A stretch of 64,000 nucleotides of DNA from Balanoglossus misakiensis (Eukaryota > Animalia > Hemichordata). The DNA lies in contig CM082580.2 of assembly GCA_040954595.2 (NCBI GenBank), positions 5,074,783 to 5,138,782 on the forward strand, written 5' to 3'. Position 1 is the stretch's first letter. Each line of letters opens with the position of its first letter. Made by a program: the position numbers and the translations under genes. This document shows positions 1 through 13,075 of the stretch, piece after piece. A model generated the notes under the pieces. The model worked only from the letters and a program-made list of their open reading frames with translations. It did not search any database and was not told the origin of the DNA.

Positions 1-1122
1 AGACAATGAATAATGGCATAAGTCAGGTGTGAGAAATTCTACTACACCATTGACAAAGCCTAAACTTTTTATATGGGTACATCAACATGCAAGTTTTAAA
101 AGACTGCATAAAGATTTCAGGGCTTTTCAGGTAAGCTGTCAGAAATGATGCACATTTGTCAAGAGTGCAAAGTGGACAGAATTGGTTTAATCTGTCAAAT
201 GTTGTCAAGGAAACCCTAACATACGATAAATCAGTCTCTACTGCAGTCAGCATGCACTTTTGAGTCTAAAACAACATTTTGACCATTTTCAAAATATAAT
301 GGCGTTACATTTCTGCAAATGTTACTTCGACGCATATTCTGCATTGCAGAGGCAAATATTTGTTTCACTTTAGGTTAGCATTATTATTATTATTGGGGGG
401 GGGGGGGGGAGTAGCCAGTCCTGCTTCCCAAGATATCTTATCCTCTCAATGAGTGACACTGCATAGTTTCAATCAGCGATTCACGGCAGCAATATCCATG
501 CACTTAGTAGCTACATGTCTCCCTGCAAATATAGCTCTCAATAATCCTTCCCTACTGATCTGCTGCAGCTATTAGGCATATACATGTACATGGTTGTATG
601 TTACACTAATGTATATCCCTATCTTTTCAGGTTCTCGTAAATTTATGCTTACCAAGTTTAGAAGAAGCGTTTTAGAAAGAATAAATTTAAGTATTCTCGA
701 CTGACTCCTCTTCGTAAAACAGATTCTTCCAGGAATTACGTCACAATCATAGTTACACCTCCAGGGATAAGTCCTATGTTGACATCTTGACAATCATACA
801 TTCGAAGTCCGCAGCAGGAAAAATGTTTCAGCGCAAAACCTCATGGGTAATAACGCCTCGTTCAATATTTGCATACTGTAGTTTTATTTGTTTCTAGGTT
901 TTGAAGGGTTGTCTAGAAAAAAGTGGTTTCCGTAAAATTACAATCATAAGCATCCCATATGTATATGGAAAGAGACTTGAAATATGCATGCCGAAATAAG
1001 TGATTGTGCTAACCATTTCAATCTCAGTAGGGAACGAGCCTGACAATTTCCTGTCAAAATGGCAGCGCCCATTAGTACTTCCGGGCACGCTCAATGTGTT
1101 GTTTTGGTGACAGGCCAGGAAG

Positions 1123-1601
1123 ATGAACCGTAATTTATTCAGGTGTGGTTGTTAAGTCGCATCTATTTGGTTTTGCGTTGTAGCAACATGCCACGTTAAA
1201 ATCATAGTGACATGAAATTTTGGGTGACAATATTCCAAAATGTGTTTGTTCATTGCAAACGCGTTTCACTTCAGATAAGTTCAGTCCTGCACATGACGGC
1301 TGCGTGTTTCATCATGTTCATTTGTGTGTGTGCACAGTCAGATAGGGCTACGGGAAAACGCGTTGATTGTGATGCAAAAGGTTTACATTGTTTCGCCTAG
1401 CGACGACTGGGGGGGGGGTCTCCTTCTAGCTCCTGTGTTCAGAATCAAAACACACACACGTGCCACACTCACACCCCAGGACTCACACATCCACTCACAG
1501 GGAGATAGATACATACATACATACATACATACATACATACATACATACATACATACATACATACATACATACATACATACATACATACATACATACATAC
1601 A

Positions 1602-1633
<32 letters not shown>

Positions 1634-3618
1634 AAGTATTGATTGATTGATTGATTGATTGATTATGTGGTATGTGTCATATTCTATCGTGTGTGATTCC
1701 TCTGACAGGACAATAGTAACGGCAACTCAACATGTGAAAAGTGCTTTTTCAAATCATCAGTCAAAATGTAGAACTTACTGGACGTCTAGTAAATTCTGGT
1801 CTTTATTGGGTCTTGGGACTGGTGTCTCCATATGTGCTCAGGTTGTTAAGCCAGTGGATGATGTTCAAGATAATAAGTCAAAACTGCCAGTAAGTGTGTG
1901 TCTTTCTTTTCATATATTTTACACTTTCATGTTTATGTGGAACTGTAAATAGTGTATATACATAAATTTGTATTAGGTGACCATAAAGGTAATTCACTCC
2001 AAGGCAGTCTGTTGTGGGAGGCCAAACTGAGAGAGAAACAGACCATTCATGCTTTCACCTGAATATACATGTAGTAATTAATGTATACGTGTTGCACATT
2101 GAATTTACCATGCTCAAATTTTGTTTCAGACAGTCGATCCAAGTACATTGACGCACTCAACTTTAATTCGCAATGCAGCATCGTTGACTGTGAACTCTGC
2201 ATCTACACTTTTGTCCCAGACGGTCATTGCTCTGAATGACGCCTTAGAAGACTATGCCAGGGTAAGTGTGTGGGACATTGCATGTTACCTTTAATGTGTA
2301 AAATGTCTATTACGGAAATAGCACATCTTGACCATGTGCGTTTGGAAAGGAAAACGCCTTAGGCATACCCATCATGATTCCTGTGTTATTGTGTGTGAAA
2401 GATTTCCACTACAGTCGTGCAGTCGTCTTCAACAGACAAGTCATCGCACCTGTTCAGACTTTCTTTGTACTTTGAACTTTGTACAGCACATTTACACAAC
2501 AATAACGCTGATGGATCACGAGATGCAAATTCTGGGAGATGAGTTCCGGCAGGAGCAAGTCTGGCAGTTGATCATCCAGCAAAAAAGTGATACAGAAGAG
2601 AAGAGAATAGCTGCAGAGGTAAATACATGAATACATCATACAGTTCTATGCATTGTCAAATCCCAGCTTGTGTATTGTAAAAAGACCATACAATGTCTTA
2701 TCAAGGGAAAATAAGAATAATTTCATTTGGTAATTTGCAAATTATGAAAATTCTGTACAAGACAGACCAGGGATTGTGGGTAACTTCGAAGGGTTCAAGG
2801 ACATTTACTCTTTGAACGCTGCCTACTCACTGGACACTTGCTGTACCATTTGAGAGAGAAAGTAGACAGGACTATACAACACAGTTCACACAAAGGCCCG
2901 CTGAAAGTAGCTGGTAAGAAGAAGGTGAATAGTTTTGCTGACGTGATCTTTATCAAGATCAGTGTACATGTACTTGTATTCTTACTGGTAATTATTTGCA
3001 TTTTCTTCATCACTCGTCAATTATCTTTGTTGTTTTGCAGCAATTGGAATCCATGTTTCATTTTGCCGTCAAAGTCATGGAGTCTGCCTCTATAGCAGCT
3101 TTTCAAGCAGGTGAGACTAGAAACGTAATGCTGTCTGGAATACAAGAATATTTTTTGTGTGGAAATTCTACAATTCCTCGCGTCGACTGAACATTTCGAA
3201 AAATCATGCTGGTACCACATCGCTGGATAAAAATGCTAAAGTACCAGCTGTAGTTTGTTTAAATAAATTGGTAAATATTTTGCATGTCAAACCTTATCCT
3301 TGTCTAGTTCATTTTCATAATGCAGATATGCATTTTTCTTAAATTATGAATACTAGTAAGTAGAAGTCTGTATGAACACCTTTCATGAAATCTCAGTGAT
3401 AACAACGGGTTTGATATCCACCACTAGGTTGTGAAGTGGCAGCCATTTCGGCCGGAGAGAGCATCCACCAAGCTGAGACACAGGTGGAGAACGCACGGAA
3501 GATTGTCAAGCAGGCACAGGAGAGATTGAACCAAGCACAGGCAGAGTCCGTGGAAGCCACCGCGAAGCATGCTGAACAGGCGGAACGTGAAAAGCAAGCT
3601 GCAGAGGAAGAAACCTGA
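1123..3618 (+). CDS. DIABLO: DIABLO/Smac homolog (mitochondrial IAP antagonist), 6 exons
   Basis: Phase-consistent GT-AG exons at 1123-1142, 1709-1889, 2130-2261, 2487-2618, 3041-3110 and 3428-3618. The translation (GLGTGVSICAQVV..LIRNAASLTVNSASTLLSQTVIAL..QVWQLII..SASIAAFQAG..) matches Smac motifs ([37 protein letters not shown]). Exon 1 is the least certain. Confidence 0.88.
1509..1663. repeat. (TACA)n microsatellite followed by (GATT)n
   Basis: Read directly; lies in DIABLO intron 1. Confidence 0.95.
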
Positions 3619-5129
3619 GAGAGAGAGAGCGAGGGAGTTGTGAAGATGCCCTCGTGTGTTGAGGAGCCACACCACAAAATAATATGGACCTGTGACTCCA
3701 TCAGAGAACCAGTAGTCTGAAGTTGATTTTTTGAAAGTGGAAGAATTTGGTACACGGAAACGGCAGGAAGCCTGATATTTTTGCTACGCAGAAATGTTGG
3801 GTAAATTGATGGAGAAGCAAACAATGACTTGAAAATAGGTAGTAAATGTAGAGTCAGTGGACATTTTACCATAGGCATCATTTGTTTTCGTTTCCTGCAT
3901 CTGTCAATTGCATTTGCCAAATTTTGGCATTTTATCTTACAAGGTGCATTTTCAAGATGATCAATACACCTGTATGTATATATAATAAACTGCCAAAATG
4001 ATGTGTGGTAAAATAATTCTTTTATAAGAAAAAAAAACCAATACATCACCACTGACCTTGATCACTCATATTTATTTTTCTCAAAATTACCATTTTTGGT
4101 GGTTCTCTTTCTCACACTTTTACATATAAGATGCTCACCATTTCATAGTATTGTCAGTCAAATACAGTTACTTGCAACCTTTACAAAGAAATGAAATCTA
4201 TATGGAGAAATGGAGATATGTAAATCTGATTTAGTCATTTCCCCCACACCACTTTTTTAACACAAGCCCTATCAAAAAATAAAACTGAAAAGACTGACAA
4301 TTGAGCTTGTAATGACAAGGAAGTACATGTACATGCGAGAAGTTTGAATAATACACTGAAAAGAAGTGTTTTTCACACAGAATTTATTAGAACCCCTCTA
4401 CTAGCAAGGTAACGTTTCCCTTCATTTTATACTACGTGGAAATTTCTCACTGAATGGAATGCTTCTGATGAACTGATTCTGAGTGACATCACAGGGCCGG
4501 AAAATTTTCTTTTTGCTTTTCTACCTAACAATCGTGTGCAGCAATTATTATACGCCGCTATTTATTCAAAACTTTTCACACTCAGCCTCTTTGTGCGCGA
4601 AGATTCAATGACCCAATCAGAAAGACCCAGTGAACAGGCTTGTTTATATAACAACTGCCATCTTGCCTGTAACACCCTCCAATTTTCTGAAACGCGAGAG
4701 TAACTTTACAGCAAAATTTATTTCTACATGATCATAACATTTTAAGGTTTAGATTTAAATAAATGGAGGCACCATCTTTGCCACAAATATAATAAGGTGC
4801 ATGGACATAAAATGTTTTATCTATGTAAAAGTGAAATGGTTTCGGTACGCCATATATCGAGAAATCTATTCAGCAAATGTATAGAGATTACCTATATACC
4901 TTGTTGTATTTACATGTGCACTAGACTACACAAATGACTACGCACTGAGGTTCTGATTCCTTGTTTACAGATATGTCTCAAGACTTTTTTCAAGAAGTTC
5001 TTTTTCGTCAATCTTTCAGTACTGCACAGAAGAATTTTCAGCTGAGAACATCAAGTCTCTTTCCTGCAGAGCTGATGTGAAAAAACAAAAGCCAGTTTGG
5101 GCGATGGGAATGTTGCATTGTTTTTTTTT

Positions 5130-7569
5130 TCAGTCGACATTGTAGCCGCCGTGTTTGCATGTGAGGAAGGCCTTCAAATTCTGCAGGGATCCACCGGCGA
5201 CGAAGAATGACCAGACAATCATGAGAGTCAGGATGATGTAACAGGGTATTATGGACGCCAGGTACAGGGGTGGGTTGGTCTGGTTCAACAGTGTCTGCAA
5301 ATAGGAAGAAATGAAATATAATGTAGTTCCACAATTTCACTATCTAGGTCTACCCTCTATTGATAATTACTCTCTGAATTTTTATTGACCCCCCCCCCCC
5401 CCACACACACACACGCACAAATACACCTGGTTTCTCACCATAGAAGTCTGTCTTTACCATACAAAAGAATGGATTAGAACCAAACCATAATTTTAAGTAG
5501 ATATATTTGTTATTGTGGAGCTGAACGTCCAATATTTCACAAATAAGCTCCATGCAACTTCAACACTGTGAAATAACTACAGACCCAGTGACATGATAAC
5601 CTCTGACCTACCAGGCATGACGCCACCATGTGACTGGCAACCACCGTGGCAACCATCAGGTACTTCTTCTTGTCCATTCCGTCAAAAAGTATCACACCCC
5701 AGAATGTGTGTAGCAACGTGAAACACAGTGTCAGCAGGGCTGAAATGGGTGGAGAAAATATTGAGTTTTATGAGTAATGACCACACTGCAGATTGAACAA
5801 CCTGGACGTCTTTTAGAATACAAATTTATCAGAAAATTTACGGTCAGACATTTTTGGAGTAACTGAAATGGTGGCTTGCAGTTCTAACTTTTCCCTTTGA
5901 ATTGCTTGCCTACATACAGTAATTACCACATCAAGCTATGTGTCAGTCTTTTTTATCGTGCATCTCTAAATTTTCTTTTACGTTATGTTCCCTAAAGGGA
6001 GTAGATAGTTTTCCCCCAAAATCATCAATTTGGTCAGAACAAGTGTGACTGACTCTACCTGATGTGAGGAGAAACATTTCTGGGTCGCCACGGATACCGA
6101 CAGTGCCCGGTCCACTGTTGTCGGCCAGGATGTTGATGAACATCATGCTCCCGCTCATCACTCCAAAGCCCAGGCCAGCGACTGTCGGAAATAAAAAACA
6201 ACAACAGTAAAACATCAGGGAATGGCTCTGACCAACTGCACAAACATGCAAAAACAAAATCATATACAACAACATTTAGGAAACTGTTTTTCTGAACCTC
6301 ATCACCAAACACCATGCTTCAAACCTATCTCTTCAAAGGTATGACTCAGTTTAATCGCATCATATTCTGAGAACTTTGGTTGACATGAGCAAGTAAAATA
6401 AATTTGGTCACAGGTATATATAGTAACTTTCCTGTATGAATTATTTTTCACATCATTCTATTTCTACCCCTATTCCGGTTTAAAACTACCGTAAAATCCC
6501 TATTTGAAGCATCTTCCAAATAAATAGCTGCACCAAAACAATGAGTCGACTAGCACATCTGCAATACAAAACTTACCATAGCCTGTTTGTTTTTTGCTTA
6601 TGAATGCATCGCCGCTATCTGCAAACCTTTGCATGCCCTCATCTGCTTTCCTGTGAAGTGAAGAATTCAGGAGTACAAGGTCAACAATGAGCAAGGTTTA
6701 CATGTAACCCTTTCACCCCTAGTTCTCTCTAGCTCTGGAGAGGTCAAACTGTGTCATAGAAAACATTGAATTTGGACTGACCCACGGTTGTGAAAAGTTT
6801 AAAATAAAGCTATCCTATACTAATGCCATCCACATCCTCAACAATATGGACTTATGTACTAATCTGATTTGCCATCTACAAGCAGTGTATTATATGATAG
6901 TGCTGTCTTTATGTTTTGTGTACAATACACTCCAACTACTCTCACTTGTTCCTCAGCCTGATACATGATTGTACACCAATTCTAAAAAAAAAAAAACAAT
7001 TCAAACAGAATAGTCAAAATCCATTAGCTTACCTTAATATCTTGTAATACGCCAATCTTAAGGCTTCTTGAAAGATGACAGAGAATACCAAAGCAAAGGC
7101 AAGTTGATCTCTGAGGGGCGTCACAGCGTACCATAGAATTGATGACAGCAATAAAGACAGCAGCCAGAAAAATGCACTGAAAATGGAATGCAAAATGGAT
7201 AATTGAACCGAGTTCGACTGCAATTGTATACAGCAAATGGCACCCTCTCTTCATCTGACTTAAAAGTACCAAGTATGTTTTAATTATTTCAAAATCAATT
7301 TACTTCGTAGCCATTCTGTAACCCTTTCACCCCTAGTTCCCTAAACAGATGTCCAACTTTACTGTAGAAAGTAATGGTCTGGTCAACAAGACATATCCAG
7401 AAGTCACGCTATTGATTTGAGAATAGAACTTTCCCACGAATGGCTAGTGTACTCACCCAGCAATCATGAGAATGATTTTCACTGGTTCTCTGGCTATAGT
7501 GAAGATAAACATGGCAAACATGGGCCCAAAGGCAATAAAGGTTGCCCCGAGTAAGTTCATCAGCGTCAT
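5130..7569 (-). CDS. APH1: Gamma-secretase subunit APH-1, 6 coding exons
   Basis: Minus-strand exons at 7569-7457, 7176-7033, 6650-6577, 6181-6059, 5739-5612 and 5294-5130. The translation includes MTLMNLLGATFIAFGP, AFFWLLSLLLSSILW, SVIFQEALR, VAGLGFGVMSG, NILADNSGPGTVGIRGD, LLHTFWGV and AGGSLQNL, all APH-1 hallmarks. Confidence 0.93.
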
Positions 7570-7834
7570 TGTTGGACGAGGTTATCCAAACACACACTCT
7601 AAATATGGATGTTGATTCCCAGAGGTGTATTCCACTTGCAGACAAATTTCACTTTTTCAACAATTCATCTGTAAACTAAAGAGAAGAGTAAATACTTTAT
7701 CATTGAGGAATAACAATTATATTTGCTTTGTGATGACTTTATTTGGCTTATACATACCAACAGCAATGCACTTCTCTGAAAATTCAAAAGACAATTATGA
7801 GGAAAATGAACAATCTTGAGGGGAAAAACTAGCT

Positions 7835-7990
7835 CATCATCCTCGTCCTCATCGTCATCATCATCTGTAACATCATCATCATCATCACCACCACCACCAC
7901 CACCACCACCATCATCATCTTCATATCATCATCATCATCATCATCACCACCACCACCACCACCACCACCACCATCATCATCATCATTTAT
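7835..7990. repeat. Compound (CAT)n/(CAC)n microsatellite
   Basis: Read directly; it produces the spurious poly-S/P/H ORF at 7816-8019. Confidence 0.9.
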
Positions 7991-8429
7991 CATCGTCATT
8001 TATTACCATGAAATTATAACACCTCATACACAACACTTCATACGCATGGGCTTTAAGGAGTACAACAAGAAGCTGAGAACAAAACCTAATATTAAGTCAA
8101 AGGGTGCATTGCCTCCTTTGTCACAAACATCGATGGCACTGGTGGTAGTGGTGCCTGCAGTAGTGAAGAGCGATAGACACGTCCTAAACGATGGAAGGTT
8201 TGAGGAATGACATGAACATGGCGTTCTTATTATCAAATTATATTGACACTAGACAAAACGGAATACAAAACACGGACAGTCGAGACGGCAGGAAATGTGT
8301 TTCAAGTGAATTCAGAGAACATAAATAAATTTTCCATGCCATACAGGAGCCGAAAGACAGTCCCAATAACTACGTAATGTGTACACTTTCGTAGTTATTA
8401 CATATGTAATGTTCATCAAGGTATACTTA

Positions 8430-8997
8430 CCGATAAGATAAAGGTAACTGTCAGGCTTACGAATATTTCACAGGGCTGCTGTCTTCCCTTTCCGATTCAT
8501 AAAAATGCATTGTGTCATTACTTCAGGCTGAAGAAGGGAGGCTATCACTTCCGCATTTCTGCCAACCTCGTACGCAATCTAGAAAAGCCCACTACGGTTA
8601 ACTTTTCTGCCTTTTTTTCTAGTTGACCTAATTATTGAAATGTGCCAGGAAAAATCACGTTTAGGCCCAAATATTAACACTTCAAGGCAGACATATAAAA
8701 GATAAAGAAGCTGACAATGTTTTCGTTACAAACACCGGTATTGCTCGAGGATACCGATCCGGTTTGTATCAAAGAAAATGGCTGCCCCGTTATGCTGATT
8801 TCTCTCTACCGACCGCCATGCTATTGGTTAATACACGTTATATGCCACGACCATTTGTGCAATTTGACACAGGGTCATTGCATATTAAAGATACAAGATA
8901 CACAGCAGGGATCCGGCGGAGAGAACGTAGTTGGCGAATTGCACAAAAGTTTACAGGGAGTGAATCAGCGTCCAGTTGCTGAGGCCGCCGGGGAGAG
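8430..8997. promoter_or_regulatory. Probable bidirectional promoter and non-coding first exons of APH1 (-) and FBXO30 (+)
   Basis: The two genes are head-to-head. The region is CpG-richer, with a plus-strand donor GAG|GTAAGA at 8997 and a minus-strand donor near 8430. An AG acceptor lies just before the FBXO ATG (9841). Confidence 0.45.
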
Positions 8998-9843
8998 GTA
9001 AGACGGGTACGTTTTCATGTTTACCCGAACTTTTATAAGATTATAGTGAACTCATTGTGGAGGGCTGGGAAATTAACCGACTAATTACTTTTTTTGTTCG
9101 GATGTGACACGACAAAGACTGTGTGAATTCGTCGTGAATCACAATACATTTCGACTGATAAGACTTTGACTGTATTAGGAAGCGGACTGACTTTTTTTAG
9201 ATTCTTTCGCCAAACGTTTACGTCAATCTGGCTATTTTTATCACCCGCTGGTAATGTGAGAATGGCTTCGGCGCCTGACATGCCTGACCACGACCGCAAC
9301 GTTTGCAATGTTCTTTTTATTCTGCAGTGGAGCTTTCTTATAAACATTTAATTATTTTATAAACAAACTAATTAATAATCAGTTGAAATTTATGAAAATA
9401 TGCAAGTGATTATTACTATTAAAGAATTGAAGATGTGGATATTTTATCTAATTAATTTGCAATCATTCATTTATGGCAGCAAAATCCATGGTTTCAAATA
9501 GAAACTTGTGGAAACTTATATTGGTGTATAAATTATTTATTTACAGTAGTTGTAATTAGAATACATGTAGTAACATAAAACATTGCACATTTTAATCTCA
9601 CACTCACTATAGATTCTTGGAGATACTGAATATGAGGAAAGTGATCTTTTCATTGATTCATTGTTGTTTTGTGTGATAATGACCAATTGTGAATTGTGAA
9701 TCAGCCCAAACATTGATCATGGAAATTATCAAACCTGAGTCACTATTTGGTCTGCTGTCTACAGAAATTTACTGATGGATTTACAAATATAAATATGTTG
9801 CAAAATAGATACTTAACTCTTCTGGCCTTTATTTTTTTCAGCA

Positions 9844-12800
9844 ATGGATTCATTTACGGATTTACCCCACTCACACTGTGACAATTGTGTGTTGTCGAGG
9901 TGCAGTGTCAGACCTGCCGAGCATGTTGCCTGCGCCGTGGTGGCGTGCGAGCACGACTGCGGCGCCCGATTCCACGGCTGCAAGCTGGCCGAGCACAACC
10001 TGTGGTGCCGGAACCAGAAGGTGGCGTGCATCAACGCGGTGTACGGCTGCCCGCTGACGGTCCTCCGCTCGCAGATGGCCAAGCACCTGTCCGTGTGCCC
10101 GGCCAGCGTCATCCACTGCACCATGGAGTGGAACCGCTGGCCCGTGTGTTCCAGCGAGCGGCAGTCGCACGTGCCCTTCAAGCAGTCCAACCCCGTGGTG
10201 GTGCCCGAGCAGCTGGACATCGCGCTGGCCCTCCGCGACCAGAGGATGCTGAACGAGTCCCTGAAGGCGTCGAAGCAGATCCGCAAGTCGCTGAAGAACA
10301 CGCTGACGCAGCGCTACCCACCGGTGCCGATCATGCACTACCATCATGAACACCTGGATGACGACGGTGATGACGACAGGAGGAGCCCCGCTGGTTTGCA
10401 GTCGAGTATATGCAACGAACTCTACAAAGCTACGCAAAGGACCACAGAAACGCTGTCCGCAGCATTGAACATTGTGACAAACGGCGACGGTTTCCTAAAC
10501 GGCAAAAGTGGTGCCGGTGCGAGCTCCAATAAAGATTTCTACTCTGCCGGCATCGCGGACGCCGCCGACGACAACTACACCATGTCAGCCGAAAACATAT
10601 TCGGCAGCGAAAAATGGAAAGAGAACGTGATATTGCGAACCGAGCCCCCGCCGGTCGGTTTGCTGTCGTCGATCGGACTGCGCCACGTGACGCTGGAACC
10701 CAAACCCAAGCCCAGCCACAGCTACCTCGCCATCGGCCCCCAGGACCTGAACATTGAGTGCGCCCACTGCAAGAAATGGCGCGCCAAGCTGGCGGCCATA
10801 CCCGACCCGCCGCACGTGGTCGAAGCCAAGCAGAAAGCCGAAGCAGAGAAAAGGGAGGCCCTGGAAAGTTCACAGGCAGCGACAGAGGAGACGAGGGGTA
10901 CAGCGGATCACAAACATAGTGACCATGAGACGTGTAATCATGATCACTCCGATGTAAGTGTTCATTTTAGTTTTTACAGTATCAAAGATGACAGTATTCA
11001 TTGCCACCATAGAACACATGGCATGATGTACAGAGATGTTTTAATTTCACATGATAGATTCAGTTTTCCAGCTGCATTGACACCTCAGTAACACAAAGTT
11101 ACAATAAAACCACATGCCCATGGGGGAATAGATAGGCTGAAAATTGGAGCATGCTACTGCAGGTGTTTTCCCCAGGAAGTTCTATTGGCATGCAGTAACT
11201 TTTATTTTGCATAACAATTGTACTGTTAGATGAGTGTTAATATTATGTAAATGAGAACTATACTAGGGATCATAGGATAAAGTGATAACTGTTCTGACTG
11301 GATGCATGTGCATGTATACTATAGCAAGCAGGAAATTCATTGTGCAGAATGCAGAAAGATTGACTTATTTTAGAGGAAATGGTTATAATGTACATGCATG
11401 ACACTGCTTTGTCTTGATATTGGAATATTACCAAGTGAAGCTGACCAAGTGTATTATTCTTTGTCAAGTGGATTTTCATGATACTCACTGCATCTGACTA
11501 TAAAGATATCCTTCTTGTGTCACATCAACATGTATCAAGCCAATCATACCATGTGATAAAAATTAATAAGTAATGTTTGTATTTTGTTTGTACCCAACTT
11601 TACAATTGTCCTTTTCTTACAGGAACCTCACGGTGCAACGGCCGCACCCGATGACGTTTCCAAGGAACCGTCAAACGGCGATCCCGCCAAGAACCAAGAA
11701 ACCCCCTGTTCCGATTCGAGCAGCGATCTGGACGCGCCCATCTTCGCCACCGAGTCGGTGGTGAGCGACGTGTCGGCGGCTCCGGCCGGCGACCACTCCA
11801 GCACCATCGTGGCCGGCCCGCCGCCGTTGCTGGCGGCTCCCCCCGTCCCCCCGGTGCCCCCCCTGTCGCAGAACGAGACGCTGGGGCTGGACCTCACCCT
11901 GGAGGCTATCACCCGCTACCAGCCCAAGCCCAAGTCCATGTACACCTTCCTGTGCGCCCAGGAGTTCCGCCGCGACGAGTTCCCGCACCACTTCCGCAAC
12001 GTGCACAGCGAGATCCACGGCGGCCTCAACGGCTGGATGGAGCAGCGCTGCCCGCTGGCCATCTACGGCTGCACCTTCTCCCAGCGCCGGCTCTACCCGG
12101 GCTGCCGAGACTCCCGCGTCATCCACGACAGGACCCTGGCCAGCTTCGGCGTCAAACCCAAGCCGCCCGACGAGACCAGCGATCCTCGGCAGCCGGGAGA
12201 CGAAGCCGGCTCGGAGAGAGACGGCAGCCAGGCAGCTGCGGCCGGTGAATCGGACGAACACCCACCAGCCAAGAAGAGCGTGGATCTGGTGAGCAGTCTG
12301 CCGTTTGAGCTGCTGCTGCACATCTCCAGATACCTGGACAGCTTCAGCCTCTGCAATCTCTCCATGACCTCGCGCATGCTGAGAGAAGTCTGCTGTGCTC
12401 TGCTCGAAGAGAGGGGCATTGTGATACAGCATTGGCGCCGAAGGAAGTACGGTCAAATCTACTCGTGGCAGATAGCTTATCAGGTAAGACAGCCAGACAG
12501 ACAGCATTCTCTGCATTCCCAAGTATTATGACACACCCATTCAGCTACATGTAATTCTGAAGCGTTCTCAGGGGATACTGACATAAAAATTCATGTGTGA
12601 GAACTGTTCATTTTGTTGGTCTGGAACAGCTTAGATTTGTGACGCCATTACCGGCCTAACCTAAGCCACTGTGGGGATCAACTTTTATCACCAAACACCC
12701 CAAAAAGGGCCATGTGAATGGTCAGAGATGTTGGATGCATATGGTCTATGGTCCAAGCCAGGTTCATAGGGTTAACAGAAAAATCGTGATATTTTTTTTA

Positions 12801-13075
12801 TCTGAAGAGTAAATTTTAATGATGCTAAATAAATTGGCAAATGCTAGAAGTTAGACTCAATGGGCTTCATTCAGTGCCTCGTTTCTTTTTCTTAGGTTTG
12901 GCAGTTCAGCACATCGTTTTCCCCCGTGACGTCGTGGGGCTTCGACGATTTCCCGGCAGTGGCGGAACACCTCAAGACTTGCACCTTCAACAAGAGACTC
13001 GTACGCACCAAGCCCTTCCGCGTCATATCCAAAGAACCGCTGGAACCAATCCAAGACTGTGTCAACGAAGCATAG
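9844..13075 (+). CDS. FBXO30: F-box only protein 30/40-like (N-terminal TRAF-type zinc finger, F-box)
   Basis: Exons at 9844-10953, 11623-12483 and 12896-13075. Motifs: HSHCDNC..CGARFHGCKLAEH..CPASVIHCTMEWNRWP; FLCAQEFRRDEFPHHFRNVHSEIHGGLNGWMEQRCPLAIYGC; F-box LVSSLPFELLLHISRYLDSFSL; C-terminal WQFSTSFSPV..EHLKTC. Confidence 0.9.

Noticed and set aside
572-880. Possible exon of a divergent gene upstream of DIABLO
   Set aside because: A donor-like site exists near 652, but there is no consistent frame or recognisable product.
1324-1650. ORFs with YIHT/MYVC repeats (likewise poly-H at 7816, poly-C/Q/T at 44310, IQYNT at 46051)
   Set aside because: They are translations of microsatellites.
3393-4052. 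219-aa minus-strand ORF
   Set aside because: It is antisense to the last DIABLO exon and 3'UTR, with no homology signal.
9813-12522. Long antisense and alternate-frame ORFs over FBXO30 (e.g. 11671-12522, 9871-10437)
   Set aside because: These are shadows of GC3-rich coding sequence with no recognisable domains.
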